Assembly: GCF_036321535.1 (NCBI RefSeq)
Contig: NC_087453.1
Coordinates: forward strand, 44,330,001-44,394,000
Direction: 5' to 3'
Length of the DNA: 64,000 nt
From: Camelus dromedarius
Lineage: Eukaryota
A model generated the notes under the pieces. The model made no database searches, was not told the origin of the DNA, and was given only the letters and a program-made list of their open reading frames with translations. Made by a program: the position numbers and the translations under genes. Positions 22,849-34,897 of this stretch are shown here, in pieces (position 1 is the first letter of the stretch; each line of letters begins with the position of its first letter).

Positions 22849-23373
22849 CATTCTTTTTCAATTTTTTAAATTGAAGTACAGTTGATTTGCAATGTTTCAG
22901 GTGTACAGCAGTGATTCAGTTATACATACATATATATATATGTGTGTATTCTTTTTCAGATTCTTTTCCATTATAGTTTATTACAAGAGGTTGAAATTAG
23001 TCCCCTGTGCTATACAGTAGGACCTTGTTGGTTATCTGTTTTATATACAATAGTGTGTATCTGTTAATCCCAAACTCCTAATTTATCCTTCCCCCGCTTC
23101 TCCCTTTGGTAACCTAAATTTGTTTTCTATGTCTGAATCTGTTTTTGTTTTGTAAGTTTATTTGTATCTTTTTTTTAGATTCCACATGTAGGTGGTATCA
23201 TATGATATGTCTTTCTCTGTCCGACTGACTTCACTTAGTATGATCATCTCTAGGTCCATCCATGTTGCGGCATCATTTCACTCTTTTTTATGGCTGAGTA
23301 ATATTCCATCACATATATATACACCACACCTTTATCCCATCACCTGTCAATAGACATTTAGGTTGCTTCCACG
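22849..23373 (-). mobile_element. Artiodactyl-type L1 3' end, 5'-truncated
   Basis: ttttaaattgaagtacagttgattt..gtgctatacagtaggaccttg..ttaggttgcttccac; TSD ttgatgaagtga 22837-22848 / ttgatgaggtga 23374-23385 (11/12). Confidence 0.9.
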
Positions 23374-23476
23374 TTGATGAGGTGATCTAACAGGGACCCT
23401 GCGTGTGCTTTGGGCTCATCTCTTGTCCCTGGGATTTGGGGCACGTGCAGAACCCAGGGGGTGATCTCAGATCTTT

Positions 23477-23913
23477 AGGTTTGGGATGGAATTGTGTCCC
23501 CTCAAAAGATATATTGCCGCCCAAATCCCCAGCACCTCAGAACGTGACCTTATTTGGAGACAGGGTCTTTGCGGAGGTAATCAGGTTAAAATGAGTTCAT
23601 TGGGGTGGAATGAAATCCAGGAGGAAAGGCCTCCTTTACGAAGGAAGCATCTGGACACAGACGCAGGGAGGGAACGCCGTGTGAGATGGAGGCAGAGATG
23701 GGCTGACGCTTCTAAAAGCCAAGGAATGCCGACGATTGGCAGCAAAACGCCGGAAGCTGGGACAGAGTCTCCCTCGCATCCCTCGGGCCTCGGTCCCCCG
23801 GCGCCTTCATCTTCGACTGCCGGCCTCTAGAACTGTGACGCACGTAATGAGTCTGCGGTCTTAGCCACCCAGGCCGTGGTCGTTTGCTGAGGCAGCCCCA
23901 GCAAACAAACGCA
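23477..23913 (+). mobile_element. MLT1C-like MaLR LTR, near full length
   Basis: gaattgtgtcccctcaaaagatat..gtgaccttatttggagacagggtctttgc..aagccaaggaatgcc..tctagaactgtga..ggcagccccagcaaacaaacgca. Confidence 0.85.
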
Positions 23914-24189
23914 GAGGGCATCGTGATAAAGGGCGCGGAGGTTCCCACCCGTCACCCTGTTCCGTGCAGGGTAAGAGCCGTTGGGGGGCTGGGGCCATCT
24001 GGCAACTAAGATCCATATAGTTCTAATAAACACCCAGAAATAACATGATGAGTCCTAGATACCTGCCTCTTGCCTTGTCACCTTGATTTTCTGTCGGTGA
24101 CAGTAATGACAATATTAAAGGTGCAGCTGTTCAGCGCGATTCCCTGAGGGAGTGACACCCCCACGCAGGTAACTGATGTGCGGGCCGCA

Positions 24190-24297
24190 GTTGGTCTTGT
24201 TGGGCCCGTTTGGGGAGGGAACTGAGGCTTCAGAGGGAAGGGTGACTTGTACGAGGTGAATGCCAGAGCCAGCATTCAAGTGCAGGACTCTTGACGT
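24190..24297 (-). mobile_element. MIR fragment
   Basis: gaactgaggcttcagagggaagggtgacttgtacgaggt..cagcattcaagtgcagg. Confidence 0.5.
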
Positions 24298-24329
24298 ACA
24301 GGACCAGCGATGCCCCTGCTGTTCTGTGG

Positions 24330-24680
24330 GGTGCGGGCCGCCTGGGACCGCCTGGGACCGCCTGGGAAGTTCTGAGGTGCTGATGCCTGGGTCGCCCTCC
24401 CCCCCGGGGGGGGTGCTGATTTAATTGGTCTGGGGGTGGGGATTTTTCACATCTCCCAGATTGAGACCCACCATTATGGGCAAGCCAACAGAGTCAAGCT
24501 GAAAATTTTAAGTTAGCTTTTGGAGAAGTTCTCACAGAGGTTGGTGAGAGTCACGTGGGAAATTGTGCCTTGAGTATGGATTTTTGGGCCCCACCCACCC
24601 AGCACACCGGATCAGCATTTCAGGTGTCTGTGTTCTGCAGAAGGTCCGAAGGTCATTTGAGGCTTGTGCAGTTTTGGGTT
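24330..24680. mobile_element. Two MER5-like hAT fragments (about 24330-24465 and 24555-24680)
   Basis: gatgcctgggtcgccc..ctgatttaattggtctggggg..ctcccag..gagacccacc; gggccccacccacccagcacaccggatcagcattt..tctgtgttctg. Confidence 0.45.
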
Positions 24681-25004
24681 CTGGAGTGTTCCAGGGGGAT
24701 GCTAAGCCATGACGAGCTCCGATGTTCCCCCGGGAGGCCTGTGCTGTCACGGCCGACGTGGTGACCTCGGGAGCGTGGGTGTCTGTTCCCGTCAGAGATT
24801 CTGCAGGTGAATGTGGTAGTGTCACACGAGCAAGGAACGGGACTTAAGGATTCAGTACATACTTTTGCATCAGTAACTGGGTATCTCCCAGCCACCCAGG
24901 AGCCCCGTTTTGGAATTTTACAGAGTTTGGAAGTCTACCAAATGGGAGCAGTTTCCTGTTCCATAAACCTGTAGAATTCAGCCTCTGGGGCATGATTTGG
25001 CTGA

Positions 25005-25115
25005 TTTCTTTGTTCTGCAAATGAAGAAACTGAAGCCCACGGAGGGTGTGGCCACCCGCCTAATCCCTGCGCAAGGCCGGTCTGGGCGCCTGACGCCAGC
25101 TGCAGTGTTCTCACT
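25005..25115 (-). mobile_element. MIR fragment
   Basis: gttctgcaaatgaagaaactgaagcccacggaggg core. Confidence 0.45.
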
Positions 25116-25609
25116 GTCTCTGTTTCTGACCCTGCATCCATCCTGCTGCAGCTCGCAGACCACGTGCCTGCAAGATCTGTGCCCTGGGTTGGACCCTTCC
25201 TCTGAGGGTCACAATCATGTGGTGACAGACGAAGCTGTTCTTGGCTGGAACTCTACTGGGACTAGGCTGGAACCTGGGGAGTCTGCCTAGCGAGAGCAAG
25301 AACACGCCCCACACTGCCTGGCCTGGGGCAGAGGGAGTCAGGATGTTCTGTAGAATCCGTGGATTCTCTGGAAGGTTGCCCACACCACCCTGGAGAGCCT
25401 CCTGAGTTCCGCACCCTGTAGACCTGAGCATGCGGTCTTGCACACATCGGGGACCCTCCTCCTGGGATGGTGTTCATGACTCCATGTGGAAAAGAGACCT
25501 TGGAGAGAGCCTGACGGAGTGGAAATGAGCGCACATCCAGGCTTGGAATCCCGAGGTCTGAGTCTCAGCTCCACCCTTCACTGGGCGAGAGAGACTCATT
25601 GGGCGCTCT

Positions 25610-25901
25610 GGGGGGTCATGTTCCCATCTCTGATAGTATCGCCTTTCCATGGGACTGAGTTAGGATCTTGAGATGTAGAATTGTTCTGAATTATCTGGGT
25701 GGGCCCAACCTAATCACAAGGGTTCTTAAAGTCAGCGCCCCCTGCCCTGCTGCAGTCAGAGGGGAACGTGACTGCAGAAGACTGGACAAAGGCATGTAAT
25801 CTTGCTGGCTTTGAAAATGGAAGAAGGGGGCCACAAGCCAAGGAATGTGGCTGGCTTCTAGAAGCTGGAAAAGACAAAAACCAGTCTCTCCTCGAGCCTC
25901 C
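25610..25901 (+). mobile_element. MLT1D-like MaLR LTR running into a gap
   Basis: ttgagatgtagaattgttctgaattatctgggtgggcccaacctaatcacaaggg..gctggctttgaaaatggaagaagggggccacaagccaaggaatgtgg..ctcgagcctcc. Confidence 0.8.
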
Positions 25902-26069
25902 NNNNNNNNNNNNNNNNNNNNNNNNNNNNNNNNNNNNNNNNNNNNNNNNNNNNNNNNNNNNNNNNNNNNNNNNNNNNNNNNNNNNNNNNNNNNNNNNNNN
26001 NNNNNNNNNNNNNNNNNNNNNNNNNNNNNNNNNNNNNNNNNNNNNNNNNNNNNNNNNNNNNNNNNNNNN
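25902..26069. other. Assembly gap (168 N)
   Basis: Run of N. Confidence 1.
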
Positions 26070-26299
26070 GTAATTCCCGGAAAACTTTATGTATGAAAAG
26101 AAAAATACAGTTATTTCTTCTCCCCTCTAGTAATAATAATAATAATAGTAGCAGTAATAGTAGTGTCTACTTTTGGGGTGTTTATGAAGAGTACCCAAGA
26201 CAGTAAGTACGAAAAAGCACTTTAAAGCTGTATAAAATATGAGTTATTGCTGTTGTTACCATTATTGGGATGTTGGTCTGCATCAGGTTGCTGTGGAAA

Positions 26300-26760
26300 C
26301 TCAGGGTGGGGCACCAGCTTTGGTTTGTGTCTACAAGAAAAGATAAGTACCAATTGCTGTTTGTAGGTTTGGTTTTCTTTTGCCAGCCTTCAAATAATTG
26401 AGTAATATACTGCCCTCCCTATACAGTAAGTTAAACCAATGAGCTCTGTGTTCTCCTGAAGCATAAAAGGCCAAGACAGTAAATACTGGCAGTGACAGAG
26501 GTGACTGGGCTGTTGGCCAGGGCAGGTGCATTATTTACTCTGCCAGAGCTGTGGAAACTGGGATGGAGCCATGGTACCTGTGCTCTGCTCTTGGTACCCA
26601 TCGCGATAAAGTTCCGCTGAGTTGGCAGTGTTAATCCTTGGACAGATCAGATGATCAGATTTAAGATCACATTCAATTATAGAACAAACATACATTGGAA
26701 TATTGGTCAATCATTAAAAGTTAGATTGTTGACCATTGAGTGACTTGGGAACCTATGTTT
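26300..26760. promoter_or_regulatory. Candidate conserved non-coding element
   Basis: Repeat-free and AT-richer; TAATCC 26632-26637; GTCAATCATTAA 26706-26717 (minus strand TTAATGATTGAC). Confidence 0.3.
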
Positions 26761-26889
26761 TAGGTGTAAAAAGCAAGTTACAATATGGAAATGTATGGAC
26801 CAGATGTTAAGAATGGGTTTCTGGTGGTAGAAAGAAGGCATTTCTATTTTCATCTTTGTGTTTGTTGGTATTTTTCAAGAAACTACTAA

Positions 26890-27200
26890 TTCTGCCTGAT
26901 GGATGTGGCTTCACTTGAATTGGGTCTTGATGGATGTGTAGGAGTTTGAAAAGTTAGGAGGGCCATCCTGAAGAATGGGGGTTGCATTTGTGGAGACACA
27001 GAAGAATGGAAGCCTATGGCCTGTTCTGGAAATGGCCAGCGGCTCAGGCTGGGCCACATACAGATGGTCAACGAGGTAGGGTTTGCAGCCAGGTCTGGCT
27101 GGAATGGAGAGGAGGCCTTGGGAGTGCTGCGCAGCAGTGTTGGATAAGTTCAGCGAAGCCTGATTATGGAGGACATTACAGGCCTGGCGGTAGATTTATG
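26890..27200 (-). mobile_element. Degraded L2 fragment
   Basis: ttgaattgggtcttgatggatgtgtaggagtttg..ggccatcctgaagaatggg..gaaatggccagcgg. Confidence 0.45.
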
Positions 27201-27851
27201 AGCCATAAAAGGAGGGAGATTAGAATGTGTTGTGTGCTTGATAAAAATGTTGGAGCGTAAGGGGGTTTGCCCCTGCCATGTTTTCCAAAGTCATTGGATC
27301 ATGGACCTCACCTGGAGTCAATACTGACCTTGAAGTATTTAGGATCTTAGTCCACAGTCATGGAAATAAGCCCTGATCTCTGAGCCTGGAGAGGATCATG
27401 GTAGACTTTACCTCTGAGCATTGGTTTCCGGGTTGGGGGAAGCAGCTGAGTGTCTGAGGACACCTCCCTCTCCAGTGAATAGATAGGACATTGGTCAGTG
27501 ATAGAGAGTAAACCTGTTCAGGCCATAGTAAAGTGTATTGCTGTATCATTGAAAAAGTTTTGTTTGCAGTTTTATTTTTTTTTTAATTTTAGTTTTTGCT
27601 CCCTCATTATTTTTGAGGCCTAATAATATGCCTGACTTGTATACCTGGCTGAGTTTCTAGTAGAATCACCACTCCATCTCTGAACAGCATATACAAGCAT
27701 TCTTTCTTTTCCCCTTCCTCCCCTCCGTCTCCCCTCCCTCCACTCCCCTTCTGCCCCTCTCTCCTCCCTTTGTGGCAAGCAGCCTGAATCCTAATTTCTA
27801 CACGTGTAGATAGAGTGATACCAGTTACAGCTTTGCATATGTACATGGTTT

Positions 27852-28210
27852 GGGCTTTGATTGGGTTTTCCAAGAATTGGGCTCTGAGTCGGATTTGAGT
27901 TTAATTAGTTTATTTGGGAGCTGATTCCAAGAAGCACTGGTTGGGGAGTGGGAAGTGAGACAGGCGAGGGAAGGAAGCCAACAAATGATGTAACAATGTG
28001 TAGGTCATTTCTTTGGGCAGCAGGGTTCAAACTTCTGGGGACCACTGGCAGCCTGCAGAGAGTGCATGCAAGGTTGTCCCCCTCAAGGAGTGAGGACACC
28101 GGAGAGCACGTATTAACGAACTTCTGTCCACCATTGGTTGTGTTACTTCTGGGGGCAGTAACTCACCAGCCTGTCTGGCCTTCTCCATGTGATGGACTAA
28201 AGCCTGTCTG
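27852..28210 (-). mobile_element. LTR16-like (ERVL) LTR
   Basis: tagtttatttgggagctgattccaagaagcactggttggggagtgggaagtgagacagg..gggaaggaagccaac. Confidence 0.7.
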
Positions 28211-28284
28211 GGTCAGAGGAAGCCCTCAGACAGGGATGGGTGGGTACCGTGGGAATAGGGGTGGAGTGTCTACTGCTCTGTGTC

Positions 28285-28750
28285 ACATGGAAGGCTTCAC
28301 AATAAAAGTAATGTGGCCAGAAACTAGGTGCTTTCCTCGTAAAATTAGGTACAAGGCAAGGGTGTCTGCTCTTACTACTCTTATTCAGTATCACACTGGA
28401 GGTCCCAGCCAATACAGTAAGAGAAGAAAAAAAAAAAAGGATACACATTGCGAAGGAAGAAATACAACTGTCTTTGTTCACAGACGTCATGATTGCCTAT
28501 GAGAAAATCCCAAAGAATCAACCAAAAAAAACCTCATGGAACTAATGAGTGACTGTAGCAGAACTGCAGGATACAAGGATTCAAAATGCAGTTGCTTTCC
28601 TATATGGAAGTAATGGATAATGGGCAACTGGGGGCAGGGGGGAATGGAGGTGCAATGGGAACTCTCAATTGTAAATTCCAGTCAGTTTTTCTGTAAACCT
28701 AAAACTTCTCTATACAACAAGTCTATTCATAAGTGAAAAATAAAGTAAAC
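28285..28750 (+). mobile_element. L1 ORF2 reverse-transcriptase fragment joined to an L1M 3' tail
   Basis: Translates to KLGAFLVKLGTRQGCLLLLLLFSITLEVPANTVREEK, then after a frameshift LFTDVMIAY (decayed FADD motif); tail tttttctgtaaacctaaaacttctcta..aagtctatt at about 28685-28730. Confidence 0.85.
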
Positions 28751-29689
28751 ATTATGTAGATTGGGGTTTTTAAATATTAATTTTTGTGAGTAATTAACTT
28801 ATAGAATGAATTAGAACGGAGTCCAGATTTTGCCCATGAAGACTGATTCCAGTGTGAAAATGAAAGACATTATAGAAATCAGAAACACCGTGGAGATGTA
28901 TGCGGTGCAGCTGAAGACCCTGGTGAGGGTGGTAAGACGTACTCCATGGGGCTGTGAAGGTGGAGAGAGATGACGTCTGGAAAGGGGTTAGACAAACAGT
29001 GCATGGAACTCAGTTCCCTCGCACCCTCGCCCTGCCTCCTGACCTCTCAGGGTGCTGTGCAGAAAATGTTTCTCTTTGATTCAATTAAGGGTCGTCCATC
29101 TTTGGCTGCTTTCTGTTGTGGGCTGCTCGCTGCCACGAGGCAGCGACTCTGGCAGGTCACAAGGTGGTAACTGACCGAGGATAACTTTTCAGGCTCTGCT
29201 AGAAGCCAAGGGCTCCCCACGTGGGGTTTCAGTTTCACACGGTACACTCCAAAGTTGTTACTTACTTCAGATGGACCTCTTGAGGTGTTCAGCTTTCTAC
29301 AAGGAGAATGAGGAATTCCCAGCTGATTGGAAGGTTCTGTTCCACACATTCTAGCACTTGGGGTAGACTCTTCCTTATGTGCGGACACAGCCATGTCTGG
29401 ACGAGCGGTCAGGCGATGGCAGGGGGTGAGCTGTCACTGGCTTGGGAAATGCAGATGTAGATTATTTCCATCATCTCAGAAAGTTCTGTTGGGCAACACA
29501 GATAAGGCGTATTCTGTCTCTATCACTAACTGCCTTTTGATCTCCTGCGTGCATCTGCTTCTTGTTCTTTGTGTGGCCACCATGCTGGTTCTTTCCCTCG
29601 GTGCCTATTAACATGCTGATTGATTGATAGAGTTATCTTTTAGGAAGTCTGGCATAATTCTCTACTTCTGGCTTGTCACGTGGCAAAGC

Positions 29690-30192
29690 TGGTCCTCTGC
29701 TTGGCACTCAAGCCCTTACCAGGACCCCAAGTCACTTGTGCTGCCCCGTCCCCTCCCATTCCCCAGCACGTGCCAGGGTGCATGGCGTGTGCACACCAGG
29801 CTGCCTGCCATTCTGGGAGCTCATCATTCCCGTCCATGCCTCTGTGCAGCGTCTCCTCTCTCTCCACTCTTGGAGCCGTCTCCCTTGTCTCCCTCTGTTC
29901 TGTCAAGGTCTCCTCCACCCTGTGGCACACTTCTCAGATATCACCTCCTCATAGAAGGACTTCGTGATCACCCAAGCAGGGGTGGTTTCTTTCTCAGGGA
30001 GATGCCCTGGCAGTGTCGTTTCCCTCCTTTGAGACAACTAGCATATCTTGCTTCACAGGAAATTTGCCTGTTTGTATTTTGCATCCTCACTTCCTCCTGG
30101 AATATACATTCCTTTGAGGACAAGCACTCTGTCTCCTTCATCTGTGTCAGCTAGCCCAGTGCTTTGCCAAGCAGTACATATTTGGTGAATTA
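29690..30192 (+). mobile_element. L2 LINE 3' end
   Basis: ctcagatatcacctcctcatagaaggacttc..tatacattcctttgaggacaagcactctgtctcc..cccagtgctttgcc..atatttggtgaat. Confidence 0.7.
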
Positions 30193-30399
30193 TAAGACCC
30201 TCCTGCCATGAAACAGTCTCCAGAGTCACTCCACCAAGAAGCTCTTTCCTAAACCACCATAAGAACAAGCCAGCACACTTCCATGGACTCCATGTAGGGA
30301 GACCCTGCAGAATCCCACTCATCTCTCTGCCCCAGACCAACATTTAGCCATGCTGGTCATGTATCCCCTTCTGCACACTAAGGGGACTGGCTCATGTGT

Positions 30400-30878
30400 C
30401 AGGAGCAGTTGATGCCCAGATTATGTCTCTCAGGCCTTATTACTTACACATGTACTGCCCAAGCTTCCCACTGTCTGAACCCGAGTCTCTCTGCCTGAGC
30501 GTTTTTGGGTGTTCTCCAAAGCCTGAGAAGACCACTCTGCCTGCCCCACAAAGCAGATCAAAAACCCCGGGGGATGAACGTCCTTGGGAACAGCCCTCAA
30601 TCAAGAAGTGATAGAGTTGGTGTATAAATACCCCAGCTCCCTCTCCTGTAGCTGTGGGAGATGGCTCTGAGGTACGTGCTTATGTGGTTTCCCAGCGCTT
30701 CCCAGGGGATTGAGTTTCCCTTGCCCATAGCATAACTGGCTGGATAACTTAGCCCTTTGTTGGCTGCCTTCCTCCCCTGTCCCACTTCCCCGCTACTAGG
30801 GGTCCCTTCCCCTCCCAGTAAACTAGCTGCCTTGAATCTTTGTCTCAGGTTCTGCTTCTGGGGAACCCAAATTAAGAT
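30400..30878 (+). mobile_element. LTR16-like (ERVL) LTR, near full length
   Basis: gagttggtgtataaataccccagctccctc..gggattgagtttcccttgccca..gaatctttgtctcaggttctgcttctggggaacccaaattaagat. Confidence 0.8.
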
Positions 30879-31239
30879 TGAATGACTGCCGCATCACCTT
30901 CATTCCTGACATTCTGGCTCCTTCAGTTCCGTCATCCTTCAGTTTGCTCTGGCTGATATTTTGTCTACATAGTCTGCCGCCTGAGAGGCAGACATCTCTA
31001 AGCTCTTTGCTGGAATGATTGCCTCATTCATGTCATAGGGCTAATCCTTGTAACTGACGTGTCCGACCAGGGACCCTGCAGGACGAGGAACATGCCTTGA
31101 CAGTGTGAGCACAATCAGAAGTCTCCAGGAGTTCTAGAGGAAAGGGTTTGGTGACGTTCCTGGTGGCAGTAGCTCCACCTTAAGCCAGGGATTACTGCGA
31201 GTTACCAGCTCTGCTGTTTATGAGGAATGAATGCGTAGC

Positions 31240-31830
31240 TGGAGAGTTTATGTATGAAAAATGGGAAATCCTGTTTTAATGTTAAATGTCATTTTTTCTG
31301 TAGTTCATAAAAAGATCATTTAATTAAAGTAGAATTTGGTGGAAGAGATCAGAGTTACTTGGCAAAACTTGTTTTGCAGACTTATTTCTATCTGAATTTG
31401 CTTCTACTTCTCCTTCCTGAATTTGTGCTCTCCTGTGCTGCCTTTTCATTCTTTTCCTTCCTTTCTGTCTGCCTCCCCTTTTACCACTATTATTTGTGCA
31501 ATTGTATCTGCACAATATTAAGATGTCCTCATTTTTAAATATATATACAAACAACTTGATTTGACTATTTAGCCTTTGAACTCATTAGAACTTTCTAAAC
31601 AGCAAAAAAAAAGGACTATCTGTGGCTTACCTGCCGCTATCTCCCCTCCCCTGCTCTTCCCAGACATCAATAATCAATCACCACACCCTTCTCAACCCAG
31701 GGCTCAAGGAAGCCATTGCCGATTGATTGGCATTAGCATGGGAGATGATATTCTCAGGATTTAATGTAAATGATTAGAACAGGGAGACCAATTTAGGCAG
31801 ATACTTGACATGCCCGTCCCTTTGACGTAT
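31240..31830. promoter_or_regulatory. Candidate conserved non-coding element
   Basis: Repeat-free AT-rich island; CATAAAA 31306-31312, ATCAATAATCAATCA 31666-31680 (includes minus-strand TGATTGAT), GATTGATTGG at about 31722-31731. Confidence 0.35.
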
Positions 31831-33444
31831 CCTTTGTTAGGAGAGTGTCAGGAGAAAGGAGCGTTCTGGACAGCTTCTCCTTGAGTTCTGTGAGTCAGTC
31901 TTGGGTGCGGCCCTGTGCTAATTTTTTCATCAGCTTGAAAGAACTCCAAGAAAGAGGAGAACCGTGAGCTTCATTTTCCACTCACCTCTGTCCCAGCCCC
32001 AGTGGCTGTTTAATGAAGACTTTACCAATACGTACAGATGAGAATCTTGCCCTTTCTCTCCTCTCGTGAATTTTATCCATCCTAGTGCCACTGGCTTTCC
32101 CATAAGCTAGTCCCTTGATCACCGACATCACCCTCCCCCGGATGCTTTGATGTTGGGCTGTCCCTGTGGTGGTCCTCAAGGGCTCAGGTCCGGGCTGGCC
32201 TCCGCAGAGTCTTTCAAGGGAGGCGGAGAAGAGGCATCTCCCCACACCCATGCCTCACCGTGGGCCTTGGCGTGTGGGCGCCTCCCTCTGCTGCCCCGCC
32301 ACCCCCGCCGTTGGTGCAGGCTGACTCCTGTAGGCTTATGGGGACCGTCCCCCGTCCCCCCACTTTTCAGAGGTCGCCACCCATTCTCGCCCTTCCTTCT
32401 CTATCTTATCTCCGCATCGTGGGTTAAGCAGCCTCTGGGCTGACCGGCGGGGCTCAGCTGCTTGTTCTCTCTGAGTCTGGGACGTGTGACTCAGCCGGAC
32501 CCTGGCCTCTGACTCTCTGGCCACCACCTCTCCGGCTTCTCCTCCCACTGGTCCTTGTGTCCCAGCTTGAAAATCAGCTTGGAGAACTTCCCCGTGTTTG
32601 CGTGTCAGCCAAGTTAAGCGCCTGTGTGGGCATCGCCGAGGTGGTGACACCGGGCCCTCCCAGCCTCCCCCGGATTCCTTCCTGGGGCATTTGTCGCTGT
32701 CGAGTCTTGCCGTTGACACCTGGCTGGAGGTTGTCCACGTGCAGCCCTCTCCTGTACCCGTCCCGAGGCTGCAGAACTCGCCTCTTGTTTGATCGCCCCG
32801 TTACCTCGGCTTCCCCCAGGTGATCGGTTTGGCTGATCGGCTGGACGCTGTAATATCCAGAGATTCCATGGATTTTAACAAGCACAGAACGTGTGGACAG
32901 ACTCTTCAGTGACCCTTCATGCCCCACCAACCAGAGTGTGGTCTCAAAAGGTCTCACCTTTGCGCCAGTGCGTTGGGAGGAAACGGTTCCCCAGCAGTTC
33001 CTGGGTGTCTCGGGTTTCTGGAAACAGAGCCTGTGAGGGGGCTTATCAGCCCGTGTTTTATTGAAGGAGACCTCTCAGGGGGAGCCTGTGAAGGAGGGAG
33101 AGAAGCGGGACAGGGCAGGGAGGCCGGGTCAGCCTTGACCTGATGCGGCGTCGGGGAGCGTCAGTCCTGTAGCTCGGGTCACACCCAGCATCGTTGCTGC
33201 TTGTGTCGGGGGCCTGAGGGTTGTTACATCAGTCAGTCACGGGACACCCCCGGGGCACAGGGCCCAGCCTTCCAGGGGGCGATGCTGAGGACAGAGGCCC
33301 AGCTTGCACCCCAGGAGCCAGGGGACCCAGTACCAGCTGCCAGGGGAGATCCGGGCAGCACTAACAGTGGTGGCAGCTCGGGGAGAAGGAGGCTAACGCC
33401 CTGGAAAGGCTGCTGTGAGCGGCTGTGTGGAAGCCTCCACATCC

Positions 33445-33570
33445 GTCTCCTCATTTAATTCTTAAAACACACTGTAAACGCAGCGTTTTCCCCCCTTGGT
33501 GGGATTCAGGAAGTTTCGAAGGCCCGAGGAATAGGAGTAGAGCAGTTAGGATTTGAATCCAGGTCCCTCT
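33445..33570 (-). mobile_element. MIR fragment
   Basis: ctcatttaattcttaaaacacactgta..gagcagttaggatttgaatccaggtc. Confidence 0.5.
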
Positions 33571-33976
33571 TTCTTGGTTCTGTCCCCAAAGCCCCAGTTG
33601 TCTGCGCTCAGCCTTCCTGCTGAGTTGCTCCCTGCACCAGAGACCTGTGTTTCAACACATGGGTTCTCAGCCCCTGATGGGGGAACCATTGTATAGGAAT
33701 CTCCCAGGAAGTTTTTCCAAAAGTCATCTTGAAGTCTTCAAGGCTCTCTTTCAGGCTTATTTGCTTTTATTTATGTGGTTCAAATCACCACCGTAGGTTC
33801 AAATCACCAGTTTGGGAGGTTGGTTATCAACAGGCAGGGGGAGGCTGAAGGCCTGATACGAAAGGAGAGACAGTTTCATCACAGCCATCAAAACAAAAAC
33901 AGAAGCTAAGTCTTGGGCCATTCAGTGTAGAAAAACCAAAGCTTAACACTCTAGTTGCATCCAGAATTAGCTGGAA

Positions 33977-34110
33977 TTCATTTGCTCATTTTTTCAACAG
34001 ACTTTCTTTATTGAGTACCTGCCGTGTATCAGACACTGTGCTAGAGGAATAAGGGTCACTGAGACATGGTCCTTGTCCATAGAGCTTGCGTTGTAGAAAC
34101 TTCTCAAGGA
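33977..34110 (-). mobile_element. L2 3' end
   Basis: ttcatttgctcattttttcaacagactttcttattgagtacctgccgtgtatcagacactgtgctag. Confidence 0.65.
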
Positions 34111-34184
34111 GGAACCAAGACGCACGAGCAGGCGTCTCCCCTGAGCAGCGTCCTTTATCACATTAACCTGACTGATAAACATAC

Positions 34185-34838
34185 ATAAACTGGTAAGCTC
34201 ATGAAGGGATGCACAGCGTCATTGGTCATCAGGGAAATGAAAATTAAAACTAATGCAACACTACTGCACACTCACTAGAATGGCTCAAATTTAAAAGCTG
34301 ACAATGCCAAGTGTTGACAAGGATGTGGAGCACCTGGAACTCTGACATACGACTGATGGAAACATACAAGGGTGCAGCCACACCGGAGGACAGTTTGGAG
34401 TGTCTTATACGGTAAACATACACTTAGCACATGACCCAGCCATGGCACTCGTAGGTGTTTTCCCCAAAGAACTGAAAATGTATGGTCACAAAAAGACATG
34501 CACATGAGTGTTCATAGCAGTTGTATTCATAATAGCCCCACATGGAAAAACGCAGCTCTCCATCAACTGGTCAACGGGTAAACGAACAGGAGCGCATACA
34601 CGTAAGGGGCTGCTACCCAGCTCTTGAAGGAATGAACCTCCAAAACACACAACAGTGTGAACGGGTCTCAGAAACGTCATGCAGATGGAAGGAGCCCGAC
34701 ACCAGAGAGAACCTACTGTGTGATTCCATTTGTGTAAAATCCTAGAAAATGCAAACTAATCCTCAGAGGCAGGGAGCAGATCAGTGGTTACCCGGGCCCA
34801 GGTGGGTAAACTATACTTCAGTAAAGCTGATTTTTAAA
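34185..34838 (+). mobile_element. L1MB-type LINE (ORF2 end plus 3'UTR with internal deletion)
   Basis: gtcatcagggaaatgaaaattaaaac..aagtgttgacaaggatgtggagc..tgtgtgattccatttgtgtaaaat..aaactatacttcagtaaagctg. Confidence 0.85.
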
Positions 34839-34839
34839 G

Positions 34840-34897
34840 GGCACCTAGCAGCATGCCCGGCACACAGCAAATGCTCAATAAATGGCAGACTTAATGA
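34840..34897 (+). mobile_element. L2 terminal tail
   Basis: gcacctagcagcatgcccggcacacagcaaatgctcaataaatg. Confidence 0.5.

Noticed and set aside
27797-27810. Perfect 14-bp palindrome TCTACACGTGTAGA containing an E-box
   Set aside because: About four such palindromes are expected by chance in 64 kb (64000/4^7), and there is no supporting context.
33777-33809. 14-bp direct repeat GGTTCAAATCACCA with a 5-bp spacer; similar micro-duplications at 5481-5507 and 24338-24367
   Set aside because: Ordinary local slippage duplications of two or three copies; no array or spacer structure.
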